Source: an uncultured Gammaproteobacteria bacterium (GTDB lineage Bacteria; Patescibacteriota; Microgenomatia; Levybacterales; UBA12049). From it: a stretch of 64,000 nt of DNA. The notes beneath the pieces were generated by a model that saw only the letters and a list, made by a program, of their open reading frames with translations, made no database searches and was not told where the DNA came from. Below are positions 42,835-52,241 of this stretch, piece after piece (the stretch's first letter is position 1; every line of letters starts with the position of its first letter). The translations under genes and the position numbers were made by a program. The stretch is from positions 17,835-81,834 of the forward strand of contig CAYYSJ010000005.1 in assembly GCA_964474445.1 (NCBI GenBank). The letters are read 5' to 3'.

Positions 42835-43110
42835 TTAGTGTTGAGGGGTAATATTATCCACTAAATTCTTAACCCTTTGCAATGCTTCCCTGCTAGAATC
42901 TCCTCGTTCCATATAAAATACACCATAATCAACGACTTGTCTTCTTGTTGCTTTTAACTGAACACTTTTATTCGGATGCTTATCTAAAAAGCTGACAAAC
43001 GGTTGATCAGTTTCCAGATTGGACCAACGTTGTCTGGCAAATTGCACCAGAGGTTTCACTTCGGAATAACTTATATGTTGTTGTGGTATTGCATGTTCAG
43101 GACTTGTCAT
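42835..43110 (-). CDS. Hypothetical protein
   Basis: 91-aa ORF with an upstream -10-like box. Confidence 0.5.
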   Translation of the reverse strand: MTSPEHAIPQQHISYSEVKPLVQFARQRWSNLETDQPFVSFLDKHPNKSVQLKATRRQVVDYGVFYMERGDSSREALQRVKNLVDNITPQH

Positions 43111-43251
43111 ATTGAGGCTATAATAGCAATGGAGTGTGTGATGGCAAGTAAGAAAAGAAACCCTATATTCATCAATATCTTGAAAGAGTTTTGTAATAAA
43201 TTTTTATTAGGATATTGTTATTGGTAATAAAGAAGAATAATAATAGGAATT

Positions 43252-44046
43252 ATGGAAGAGCAAGTAATTTCTCCTGCAAAAACTACTAGAGAAGGGTTTT
43301 CAGTTCCTCGTTACAATCTCGAAAACCTTGGTGAGAAGAACCAGCATATCCAAGATATTCTCAACAGACACCCTATCGCAAAAGACTTGTTACGTCAGCT
43401 TGCAGAGTATCATTCCGGGACGTTTGATCATAGTATTGATGTTGGGAGAGGTGTTTATGCATTTACTACCCAAATAACTTCTCGTGATACTCTTTCTCCT
43501 GATGATATCGAAGCTGTTACGCTTGCAGGACTGCTTCATGATATTGGAAAAATGAAACTGGGAGAAGAAGGCAAAGAGATTCTCTCCTCTCCCCGACCTT
43601 TAACAGATGACGAGAGAACAAAGGTGGAACAGCATGCGAGATTAGGGTTTGTCATGGTAAAAGAGGCTGCTGAAAGAGTTGTCCCCAGGGATAATCTTCT
43701 ATCAGAAGCTGCAAATATTATGATTGCTCATCATGAATTCCAACCAAACCCTTATCCAAGAGATCTACAGAAGGATGATGCAAGAAGAGAACCAAATCCA
43801 AAGAGGCAATTACTCCAACGATATGTTGCAGCTTTTGATCAAGCAGTTGGCCTTGCTCAAGGAGGAGAAGGTGGACATGCATATATGGGAAACAATTTAT
43901 CTGCACGAGAAGTAAGACAAAGACTTATGGTCGATAGAAATAATAACCCAACCGCCCATTTTGCTGATATATCTCCTCGTGTTGTCTATACTCTTGTCAA
44001 AATTGGAGTCATTCAAAATGTTCCTAATCAGGTGAGACATGGTTAA
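43252..44046 (+). CDS. HD-domain phosphohydrolase (HD-GYP-like)
   Basis: T..HS, LLHDIGK, LT.DE..V..H...G, HHE; GYP replaced by PYP. Confidence 0.8.
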   Translation: MEEQVISPAKTTREGFSVPRYNLENLGEKNQHIQDILNRHPIAKDLLRQLAEYHSGTFDHSIDVGRGVYAFTTQITSRDTLSPDDIEAVTLAGLLHDIGKMKLGEEGKEILSSPRPLTDDERTKVEQHARLGFVMVKEAAERVVPRDNLLSEAANIMIAHHEFQPNPYPRDLQKDDARREPNPKRQLLQRYVAAFDQAVGLAQGGEGGHAYMGNNLSAREVRQRLMVDRNNNPTAHFADISPRVVYTLVKIGVIQNVPNQVRHG

Positions 44047-46060
44047 GGGTCAATTCAGTAACTTTTCCCAAAAGTTGTGGGTATTTTTGTAACTCTGGGA
44101 ATACTTTGTTTGCTTCCTGTCTTGCAGTACTAATGAGTTTCATATCACCAATTTGTGCAATTTTTAACCATGCTTTTCCATGTTGGAGTGTGCCGTATAG
44201 TTCCCCTGCTCCTCTCAGTTTTAAATCCAACTCTGCCAGCTCTGCTCCGTTATGGATTTTTTCCAAGGATTTGAGTCTATGAATGGTACCGGGGGATCTT
44301 GACTCGGTAAACAAGAGACAATAGGATTGCTTTTCCCCTCTTCCCACTCTTCCTCGCAGTTGGTGTAACCCGGCAAGACCAAAGCGTTCTGCTGCCTCAA
44401 TAACAATTATAGTTGCATTAGGAATATCGATACCAACCTCAACGACAGGTGTTGCAACCAAAATGTCTATCTTCTTATCCCGAAAATCCTGAAGAATTGC
44501 ATCTTTTTCTTTTGGCCGCTGCTTTCCATGCAGAAGTCCTAATCGAAGTTTTGGAAATACATGCTTTTGTAGTCTTTCAAATTCAACAGCAGCAGCTTTT
44601 ACAGTTGTCATACTTTCTGACTCTTCGATAAATGGACATACAATAAAGGCTTGGTCTCCTTCATTCACTTTTCCTTCAATCCACTTGTATGCTCCCTCTC
44701 GTTTTATTTCTGGGATAAGCCAGGTTTTAATGATTTGTCTTCCTTTTGGCAGTTCATCGATAACAGAAAGGTCCAAATCACTGTAGAGAGTGAGAGCAAC
44801 AGTACGAGGAATTGGTGTTGCTGTCATGGTTAAAACATGAGGATTTTCTCCTTTTTCTCTCATAACTCCCCGCTGTTGTACGCCAAATCGATGTTGCTCA
44901 TCAATAACGATAAGACCAAGTTTCTCAAATTGAACTGTTTCTGCAAGAACTGCATGGGTACCAACGAGGATATCAGTATTATGTGGTTTTTTACTCTCCT
45001 TCTCTTTTACCGTTTTACTGTTTCCTGTTTGCAGCCCAACAGTTATCCCTAGTGGCGTAAGGAGTTTGTTCAGTGTTTGGTAATGTTGCTCAGCCAAAAT
45101 CTGTGTTGGTGCCATGAGGACTGATTGGAACCCATTTAAAAAAGCAAGATACATGGCAATGCCAGCAACAACTGTTTTTCCTGATCCAACGTCTCCCTGA
45201 ACAAGTCGGTTCATTGGCTCTGTTTTTTCCAAGTCTTTGAAAATTTCATGAATCACTCGTCGTTGTGCATTCGTTGGTTCAAAAGGAAGCTGCTCCCAGA
45301 ATTTTTGAATGTCTTTTTCAAATTTCTCAATGGTAAATGCGTGTCCTTTTAATTTCTGTCTCCATTCTGACTTTCTCTGCAGTGCTGCGAGTTGCAGAAG
45401 AAAGACTTCATCAAATCCAAGTCGTTCTCGTGCTTTTTCTGCTTTTTCCAAAGACTCTGGAAAATGAATTTCATGTAATGCAGAGGAATAATCCATTAAT
45501 CCTAAGGTGTGGAGTGTGGGCTTTGGTAAAAAGTCAGTCAACTCATCTGTTTTCTGAAGCAGTTTATATACCTGTCGTCGAAGCCATTTTGAAGAAACTC
45601 CTGCAGTCTCCGGATAGACAGGAACAAGTCTTCCTGTGTGAATGGTATGACCGTCTTCTGGAATGATTTCAAAATCAGGTGCAGTAAGAGAGAGTAAAAA
45701 TCCATCGCTTTCAATTCGTCCGGAAAGAGCAATCTTATCACCAAATTTGAGTGTTTTGGTAATAAAGGGTTGATTAAACCAGACAATGTTGATACTTCCT
45801 GTTGGATCAGTAACTTGCGCTTTTTGGATTTGTTTATGACTTTTTGTATAGTGGTTGGAAATATCAGTAATAGTTCCTTGAATCGTAACGACCTCTCCTG
45901 CTTTGACGTTTGTAATAGGGGTAATAAGGGAATAGTCATCATAGCGATGAGGGAGATGGTATAAAAAATCTTTCAGAGTGAGAATTTCTAGATTCTCCAA
46001 CCTCTTTGCATACATGTGGTAGAGTTTGCCTGCATCGGCAACAGGAGTAGAAAGATTCAT
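44024..46060 (-). CDS. recG: ATP-dependent DNA helicase RecG
   Basis: QGDVGSGKT, DEQHRFG, TATPIPRT, QLRGRVGR. Confidence 0.97.
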   Translation of the reverse strand: MNLSTPVADAGKLYHMYAKRLENLEILTLKDFLYHLPHRYDDYSLITPITNVKAGEVVTIQGTITDISNHYTKSHKQIQKAQVTDPTGSINIVWFNQPFITKTLKFGDKIALSGRIESDGFLLSLTAPDFEIIPEDGHTIHTGRLVPVYPETAGVSSKWLRRQVYKLLQKTDELTDFLPKPTLHTLGLMDYSSALHEIHFPESLEKAEKARERLGFDEVFLLQLAALQRKSEWRQKLKGHAFTIEKFEKDIQKFWEQLPFEPTNAQRRVIHEIFKDLEKTEPMNRLVQGDVGSGKTVVAGIAMYLAFLNGFQSVLMAPTQILAEQHYQTLNKLLTPLGITVGLQTGNSKTVKEKESKKPHNTDILVGTHAVLAETVQFEKLGLIVIDEQHRFGVQQRGVMREKGENPHVLTMTATPIPRTVALTLYSDLDLSVIDELPKGRQIIKTWLIPEIKREGAYKWIEGKVNEGDQAFIVCPFIEESESMTTVKAAAVEFERLQKHVFPKLRLGLLHGKQRPKEKDAILQDFRDKKIDILVATPVVEVGIDIPNATIIVIEAAERFGLAGLHQLRGRVGRGEKQSYCLLFTESRSPGTIHRLKSLEKIHNGAELAELDLKLRGAGELYGTLQHGKAWLKIAQIGDMKLISTARQEANKVFPELQKYPQLLGKVTELTLNHVSPD

Positions 46061-46089
46061 AGTACTAATTGTTTCACTGTTATATTGCT

Positions 46090-46212
46090 ACATTGATGGA
46101 CTTATTGCAACTATGAATCTATCGTCCAAGTGCGAGATATGGAAGGAGTGCCCCAAGGACAAGCGCAATACTTGAGATTGCAATAAGTACTTTTAAAACC
46201 CACTGATGTTTT
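46090..46212. ncRNA. Candidate structured RNA (long imperfect hairpin)
   Basis: ACTTATTGCAA (46100-46110) and TTGCAATAAGT (46178-46188) form a perfect 11-bp inverted repeat around an inner GTCC/GGAC stem. Confidence 0.3.
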
Positions 46213-46262
46213 CTAAAAAATTCCATATGATAGGTTATGATATCCTCTCTATTTCAAACCCA

Positions 46263-47459
46263 TTATTCTTGTACTGTTACTTTTACAAACTTTCTCTTTC
46301 CTACTTTTACAACAACAGAATCTTCTATTGCAACCTCTTTTGCAGGATTTTCTTGCCTTTCCTCATCAATCATAACTCCTCCCTGCTCTACTAATCTCTT
46401 TGCTTCTGTTTTGCTGTTTGCAAGACCAAGTCTCACCAGTAAGTCTGCAAGTTGGAAAAGGTTCTCTGATGCGCTAACTGTAACAACAGGGATTTCATCT
46501 GGTATTTCCTTGTTCTGAACTGTCCTTTCAAAATATGCTGCTGCCTCTTGTGCTGCATCTTCACCATGGAATTCTTTAACTATCTCAAGAGCGAGTTCTT
46601 TCTTGATACGCATTGGATGCTCGCCTGATGCAAGACGTGTTTCAACGTCATAGACCTTTTCCATAGGGACACGGGTTCCCAGTTTGAAGTAATTGACAAT
46701 GAGGTCATCTTCAATAGCCATAACTTTTGCAAACATATCTCGTGGTTCTTCCTCAAGCCAAATTGCGTTTCCTCCAGTTTTGGACATTTTTTTGCCATCT
46801 GTCCCAATCAAGAATTCCATAGTCAGGACAAAAGAATCTTTGTTTCGCAAATCTTTTTGCAGTGTTCTTCCTGCTTGCATATTAAATGTTTGATCAGTAC
46901 CACCTATTTGAATATCAGTATCCAAAAAGTAACTGTCATATCCTTGCATAACAGGATACAATACTTCATGAAGACCTACCCGTTTATTTTCCTGTAATCG
47001 TTTTCTGATAAGTTCCCGTCCAACAAAATCTCCAACTGCGAAATGTTGCGTAAGTTTGACAATCTCTGTAAATGGTAGTTTGGATAACCATTCACTATTA
47101 TGGACAACTCGTACTTTAGAGAAATCAACAATTTTTTCTGCCTGCTTTTTATAGGTTTGAAAATTCTCATGAATTTGTTCAGAGGTAAGGACCGGTCTTT
47201 CAGAATCTTTATCTGATGTATCTCCGATAAGTGCGGTGAAGTCTCCAATAAGAAAGGTAACAGTGTGTCCTAATTCTGCAAATGCTTGTAGTTTTCGTAA
47301 AGGAACAGCATGACCTAAATGAATTTTTGTTGCGGTAGGATCAATGCCTAAATAGATATGTAATTTTTCTCCGGAATCTAAACGTTTTCTGAGTTCTTCT
47401 TTTCCAGGGATAATATTTGCTACACCTCGTGTGAGTACTTCTTCAATCTTGTCATTCAT
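46263..47459 (-). CDS. tyrS: Tyrosyl-tRNA synthetase
   Basis: GIDPT..HLGH, YPVMQGYD, GGTDQ, KMSKT, S4 domain. Confidence 0.97.
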   Translation of the reverse strand: MNDKIEEVLTRGVANIIPGKEELRKRLDSGEKLHIYLGIDPTATKIHLGHAVPLRKLQAFAELGHTVTFLIGDFTALIGDTSDKDSERPVLTSEQIHENFQTYKKQAEKIVDFSKVRVVHNSEWLSKLPFTEIVKLTQHFAVGDFVGRELIRKRLQENKRVGLHEVLYPVMQGYDSYFLDTDIQIGGTDQTFNMQAGRTLQKDLRNKDSFVLTMEFLIGTDGKKMSKTGGNAIWLEEEPRDMFAKVMAIEDDLIVNYFKLGTRVPMEKVYDVETRLASGEHPMRIKKELALEIVKEFHGEDAAQEAAAYFERTVQNKEIPDEIPVVTVSASENLFQLADLLVRLGLANSKTEAKRLVEQGGVMIDEERQENPAKEVAIEDSVVVKVGKRKFVKVTVQE

Positions 47460-47492
47460 AGCTTAAAGTATAACACGCTCATGTAATTTCTG

Positions 47493-48824
47493 CTATTGCC
47501 TTGCAACCACAAGAAATCTTGTCAGATTATCTTTTTTATCCTGCAAATCTTTTGCAATAATATCAAAATGATAGTGATCAGCAAGAGTCTTAGGGCCTAA
47601 AATTGCCGTGGTTGATGGAAGATTTCCTTTTGCCAATTCTTCTGCTGCTTTTGCTGTATCAACAAGATCTCCTTCTCCACTCATAAGAGTAAGATGTGAG
47701 TATGTTGCTCGCAATGTTTGCTCACATTGTTTGAATACTTGAGGGTGAGCCATAATTGTTGTAATATCCTTTTCTTCTCAATCGTTTCGTTTCATGAGAA
47801 AGTGACGTATGAGAAGAGTAAAGTCTTCTACAATAACAAACTTGTACCTTGCCATTGCTTGTAGAGACTCCTCAACGAGTCCTCCTGTTGCATTAGAAAT
47901 GGCAAAAAGCCCATAATCAATCGTTCCTTCATACAGATGTTGTAACACTTTCTCTGATGTATAGAGATACTGGGTCGTGTGTTTTTCTACTCCATGACTT
48001 AAAAGGTAGAGTTGTAGTGCTTCTTCATTAAAACTCCCTTTTCCTCCTTGGATACCAAATGTCAAAAAATCAGGATCCACTTGGTTTGGGAGTAACTCAT
48101 TGTACAGTGTATCGAACGCTTGCCCTATCTGGATTCTCATTGCTTTTGTAGATGGATTGTATGTCTGTAAGTCATGGAAAAGTTCTCGTGTATCGTTACA
48201 TGTTTGATCTTTCACTTCTAACAATTTTTTTGTCCCAAGTGAATCAATTGGTGTTGGTTGAAAATGTACTTTTTCAAGAAGTCTTCCAACAAAATGCGTT
48301 ACTCCTTGAGACCGTGCTGCATAATCATCATGTTCTTCTGCTGACATCTCTACAACTCGAAGTTGTTTCCTTTCAAAATATTCTTTCCAGAAACGATATG
48401 TCTCATCTGTTGTTTTGAATTGATCAAGAATAATAGGGAGTCCTGAAAATCCATCTTTGCTACTATCGGGACCAAACATCGGATGGGTTAGTAATACTTG
48501 ATTGGTATGAATATATGTTTCACATATTTTTTTCGGGTGTACTTTTACTGACAATACATCAATAAGAATATTGTACGGTTTTATATGCAGTTGGTGTTCT
48601 TGTATAACGGATGCAAATGCATTAATTGGGACAGCATAAAAAATAGCATCACTTTCATATACTTCATCAAGTGTTGTTGCAATAGTTGTATGTTTTGTAA
48701 AATGTTCTCTCTCCGTAGGTGGGATAGTGCTTCTGTTAAAAATGGTAATAGCAAAGTCGTCTTTTAGTAAACGATAAAGGGTTTTTCCAAATCTTCCAAA
48801 TCCAACAATGCTGACTGTCTTCAT
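47493..48824 (-). pseudogene. Prephenate dehydrogenase-prephenate dehydratase fusion interrupted by an in-frame TGA
   Basis: TyrA motifs then PDT motifs (QGGKGSF, N.TGG; HPQV..QC, N.TRF) in one frame across TGA 47778-47780. Confidence 0.7.
47778..48824 (-). CDS. tyrA: Prephenate dehydrogenase plus N-terminal half of prephenate dehydratase
   Basis: Rossmann GFGRFG, DVLSVK, HPMFGP, EEHD..A.SQ..TH. Confidence 0.85.
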   Translation of the reverse strand: MKTVSIVGFGRFGKTLYRLLKDDFAITIFNRSTIPPTEREHFTKHTTIATTLDEVYESDAIFYAVPINAFASVIQEHQLHIKPYNILIDVLSVKVHPKKICETYIHTNQVLLTHPMFGPDSSKDGFSGLPIILDQFKTTDETYRFWKEYFERKQLRVVEMSAEEHDDYAARSQGVTHFVGRLLEKVHFQPTPIDSLGTKKLLEVKDQTCNDTRELFHDLQTYNPSTKAMRIQIGQAFDTLYNELLPNQVDPDFLTFGIQGGKGSFNEEALQLYLLSHGVEKHTTQYLYTSEKVLQHLYEGTIDYGLFAISNATGGLVEESLQAMARYKFVIVEDFTLLIRHFLMKRND

Positions 48825-49966
48825 AAGTAGGTATCAAGATCAGTAGTATCGGCGCAAATACTTGCACGAATATATTTTTTGCCATTGTTTCCAAATGCTG
48901 ACCCTGGTGCAAAAAAGACTTGTTTTTCTCGAAGGATTTTTAACACATAGCTTTCGGAATCAGGTTCATTATCAGGGATTTTTGCCCAAATATATAATCC
49001 TCCTTTTGGAAGAGTGAAGGTCAAACCTAATGCTGTCAGTTTTTCAGCGATTTTGTCTCTTCTTTTTTGATAACTTTCTATCATTGCTTGATGCCACGAG
49101 TTGTCTGGGTGAGAAAGTGCAAAAGCACCTAGTTCTTGCAGAGGAAGTGACATACCTGAATCAAGTTGCGATTTTATTTTCGTTAATGCGTCAATCACGT
49201 GTTTATTTCCAACAATCCACCCCATTCGATATCCAGCAAATGAATAACTTTTTGAAAAAGATCCTATTTCAACTGCAACATCTTTTGCTCCTGCTATTTC
49301 TAAAATACTGGGAGCAACAACTCCATTAAAGGTAATTTCTGAATATGCGTTGTCATAAATGAGAACAATATTGTGTTTTTTTGCAAATTGGACAAGTGGA
49401 ATAAGTTGTTCTTTTGTTGCAACTTGTCCTGTTGGATTAGAAGGAAAATTAACCCATAAACACTTTGTTTTAGGAGTAATTTTTGCAGCAAGTTCCTTCA
49501 TGTCAATTGGATTCTCTCCATCTATATGAAGTGTATAGGGAACAGGAACACCACCAAAAAGTAGGATCGGTCCACTAAAACCAGGGTATCCTGGGTCTGG
49601 TACAAGAGCTTGATCTCCCTCGTCAAGAAGAGCCAAGGAAATATGACTTGTCCCGTCTTTTCCCCCTAAGAGTGGCAGTAATTCATCTTCTGAAAGTTCT
49701 ACTCCAAACCGTTTTTTGTACCACTCTATGAGTGCAGATGCAAATGATGGTATTGCCTTGTACCCAGGATACAGATGCGCCTTTGGTGCATCAAGAAGTT
49801 CTTGATATTTCTCTACATAGAGTTTGCTTGGTGGTACATCCGGAGATCCGATTCCTAAATTGATCACCTTTCTTCCTGATTCTTTTTCTACTTCTTTGAT
49901 CACTTTGTTCATTCGAGAGAAAATGTATTCGGGGAAATTATTGAGCCGTTTTGCAAGCTGTATCAT
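48821..49966 (-). CDS. Class I/II PLP aminotransferase (aromatic/prephenate, inferred)
   Basis: NLGIGSPD, NFPSNPTG, YDNAY, SFSKSYSFAGYRMG. Confidence 0.9.
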   Translation of the reverse strand: MIQLAKRLNNFPEYIFSRMNKVIKEVEKESGRKVINLGIGSPDVPPSKLYVEKYQELLDAPKAHLYPGYKAIPSFASALIEWYKKRFGVELSEDELLPLLGGKDGTSHISLALLDEGDQALVPDPGYPGFSGPILLFGGVPVPYTLHIDGENPIDMKELAAKITPKTKCLWVNFPSNPTGQVATKEQLIPLVQFAKKHNIVLIYDNAYSEITFNGVVAPSILEIAGAKDVAVEIGSFSKSYSFAGYRMGWIVGNKHVIDALTKIKSQLDSGMSLPLQELGAFALSHPDNSWHQAMIESYQKRRDKIAEKLTALGLTFTLPKGGLYIWAKIPDNEPDSESYVLKILREKQVFFAPGSAFGNNGKKYIRASICADTTDLDTYL

Positions 49967-50232
49967 ACTTGTTCCTCTTTCTTCAATGATTCTTTATGAA
50001 TAGTGTTCCAAATAGTTATGATGAACTCTTCTGTAAGTCCGAGTTGTTTTCCTATTTCTGTTCGCGTTTTCACGACTTCGTCCCACCGTGCTTTATCTAA
50101 TGGAGGTATGTTTTGTATTTTTTTCAGTTTTCCAATGTTACTCACAATTTCCATTCTTTTTGCCAATATGTGCAGTAATGTGTTATCTACCTCATCAAGT
50201 TCTTTTCGCAGTGCTGCAAGGTGTTTATTCAT
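49963..50232 (-). CDS. Chorismate mutase type II (AroQ)
   Basis: LRKELDEVD..LL..LAKR...IGKLK, D..R, IH.ES. Confidence 0.9.
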   Translation of the reverse strand: MNKHLAALRKELDEVDNTLLHILAKRMEIVSNIGKLKKIQNIPPLDKARWDEVVKTRTEIGKQLGLTEEFIITIWNTIHKESLKKEEQV

Positions 50233-50987
50233 TTCCAGTCCTCCATGATGGTGTCAAATTCGTCCCATGTCACTTGTTGTTTCGAATCAGTCAACGCATG
50301 TTTTGGATCGTGATGTACTTCAATCATGAGTCCATCTAAATTGTTTTGTGCTGCTTCTTTTGCTAAGTAAAAAACATTGGGGACATTTCCTCCACTGTGT
50401 GATGGGTCAAAGATAACCGGGATTCCGGTCTTTTCTTTTACTCTCTCAGTCATAGCATAATCTGGCTTATTTCGAAGTCCCAGTGGATTATCACCATGAG
50501 GAGAAAATCCCCGATGGCAGTTTATAAGATGATCTTTGTCAACTCCTCCTGAGAGGACATGCTCCACAATACCTTCCCAATGTTCCTCATTTACCCATGG
50601 TTGATTCTTTACTAAAAGAAATGCTCGTTTATCTTTTGCAACAATTTGTGCAATTTCTTTTTGAATAAAATGATTTTGATTTCTTGCACCTATCCATAAC
50701 AGTACTTTTGTATTGGAAACAGCAGAAAGAACAGCGTCCATAACAAGTTGTGCTTGTTTTGGTGTGAGCACTTCTGTTCCCGGATTAACTCCCTGTTTTG
50801 CTGCTGCAATCATCCATGGAATACCTTCCTCCCCTACCCCTTCAAAGCCTGGTTTAGTTCGAGGTTTCCATAAATTAACGCGCAAAAAATCAACATGTCT
50901 TTTCTTTGCTTCTTTAATTGCTATATCGATTTGTTCTTTTGATTCAGCAGCACAGGGCCCGGGAATCATGATTGGTTTTTTCTTCAT
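50229..50987 (-). CDS. DAHP synthase (type I-beta)
   Basis: GPCAAES, WKPRT.PGFEG, WIGAR, HRGF, DPSH, GLMIEVH..P..A..D..QQ. Confidence 0.88.
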   Translation of the reverse strand: MKKKPIMIPGPCAAESKEQIDIAIKEAKKRHVDFLRVNLWKPRTKPGFEGVGEEGIPWMIAAAKQGVNPGTEVLTPKQAQLVMDAVLSAVSNTKVLLWIGARNQNHFIQKEIAQIVAKDKRAFLLVKNQPWVNEEHWEGIVEHVLSGGVDKDHLINCHRGFSPHGDNPLGLRNKPDYAMTERVKEKTGIPVIFDPSHSGGNVPNVFYLAKEAAQNNLDGLMIEVHHDPKHALTDSKQQVTWDEFDTIMEDWK

Positions 50988-51898
50988 AGTTCAAGTCCTT
51001 GAAAATAATTGGTTATTGTTTTTCGTTTAACAGATTTTTTTTGAATCACAAGATTTCTGCACAATGCAATTTCTTGTTTAGTTGGTATTGCTGCAACATT
51101 TCCTACTTTAGTACATTGCAGTGCTGCTACCAAATTGGCGAATTGTATCGTTTCATGAATGTCCCAATCTTGCAATATCCCAAATGCAAAAGCTCCTCGA
51201 AAAATATCCCCTGCTCCTGTTGTATCAATTGTTTTAATTGACAGTGACGGGATAATTTCCATTTTTTCGCCGTCAAATAAGAGAGATCCTAATTCTCCTG
51301 CTGTTGCAATGAGAGGTTTGGATGAAAGTTTTTGTACTGTTTTCAGACAACTTAATAAATGTTTTTTCTTGTTCACTTTGAGTAATGCCTCGATAGGAAC
51401 AATTGGGTATGTTGCGTGTCGTAACATATCAATGGTAAAGTCAGAGATCTCTGTTGATGTATCAACAAGAAGTGTGGTTGTGGGGTTTTTCTTAGCAATG
51501 ATTTCATAAAACGCTTCTTTTTCATGTCTGTCTAGTAGAATCAAGTCAAATTGGCGAAGGAACGCAGGAGTCAAGTGAGTAATAGGACGATGTTTGATTG
51601 CTTCACGTTTTTTTTCTCGCTGACCAGTCTGTGCATCGACAATAATCGTATGGATTTTGGTTCTTTCCTGTTTATGGGTAATCACTTGTACCTGTTCTTC
51701 TTGTAACGTTTGTTGAATGATATTTCCATACGAATCATTTCCAAGGCTTGTTATTAATGTGCATTCCATACCAAGTCGAGAGAGTAAAATGAGGCCTACT
51801 GGAACAGGTCCACCGACATGTTGTTCTGTAGTTTCCAAACGCCTGTCTTTTATAATGACATTGTCTATAACTGATTCACCAATTCCTAATATTTTCAT
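50984..51898 (-). CDS. PfkB-family carbohydrate kinase
   Basis: GG.., DTTGAGD.F; start set at MKILG, after the attenuator terminator. Confidence 0.9.
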   Translation of the reverse strand: MKILGIGESVIDNVIIKDRRLETTEQHVGGPVPVGLILLSRLGMECTLITSLGNDSYGNIIQQTLQEEQVQVITHKQERTKIHTIIVDAQTGQREKKREAIKHRPITHLTPAFLRQFDLILLDRHEKEAFYEIIAKKNPTTTLLVDTSTEISDFTIDMLRHATYPIVPIEALLKVNKKKHLLSCLKTVQKLSSKPLIATAGELGSLLFDGEKMEIIPSLSIKTIDTTGAGDIFRGAFAFGILQDWDIHETIQFANLVAALQCTKVGNVAAIPTKQEIALCRNLVIQKKSVKRKTITNYFQGLEL

Positions 51899-51908
51899 AT
51901 ATTTACAC

Positions 51909-51932
51909 AAAAAAACCTCCCGGTTGGGAGGT
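51909..51932 (-). terminator. Rho-independent attenuator terminator (3:4 hairpin)
   Basis: ACCTCCC-aacc-GGGAGGT followed by a T-run, ~10 nt upstream of the pfkB ATG. Confidence 0.88.
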
Positions 51933-51957
51933 GTTCTTTTTGCTTCGTCGTTATGAC

Positions 51958-52032
51958 TTATGCGAGCAACAAACCTCCCTCGTCAGAGGTAAAAAAGTAA
52001 AAATAAAAGTTTGCTGCTTTTCTAATATGCAT
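51958..52032 (-). CDS. Phe/Tyr-rich attenuator leader peptide MHIRKAANFYFYFFTSDEGGLLLA
   Basis: 24-aa ORF with six consecutive Phe/Tyr codons, overlapping alternative hairpins upstream of the aromatic operon. Confidence 0.85.
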   Translation of the reverse strand: MHIRKAANFYFYFFTSDEGGLLLA

Positions 52033-52044
52033 AGGTTAGTTGAA

Positions 52045-52073
52045 ATTATTCCATACCTTGTTTTCTTTGTCAA
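52045..52073 (-). promoter_or_regulatory. Sigma70 promoter of the aromatic operon
   Basis: TTGACA-N17-AATAAT, 12 nt upstream of the leader ATG. Confidence 0.7.
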
Positions 52074-52241
52074 GTTGGCACAATATTCTCCGGAGAAATC
52101 TGAAAATGAGAAACTTAGTTTTTCGGATTAACCATGATTAATCGCCTACTCTTAAATCCATCATGTATTGTTACACCAAAGCCTTGAGGCACTTCTGCTA
52201 ATCTAAAAAAAGATGGAGAGTTCGTCTCGTATATGTTGCTT

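Noticed and set aside
47778-47780. Genetic code 25 or 4 (TGA recoded)
   Set aside because: TGA terminates well-defined genes here (nusB, recG, pheT), and no other conserved gene shows an internal TGA.
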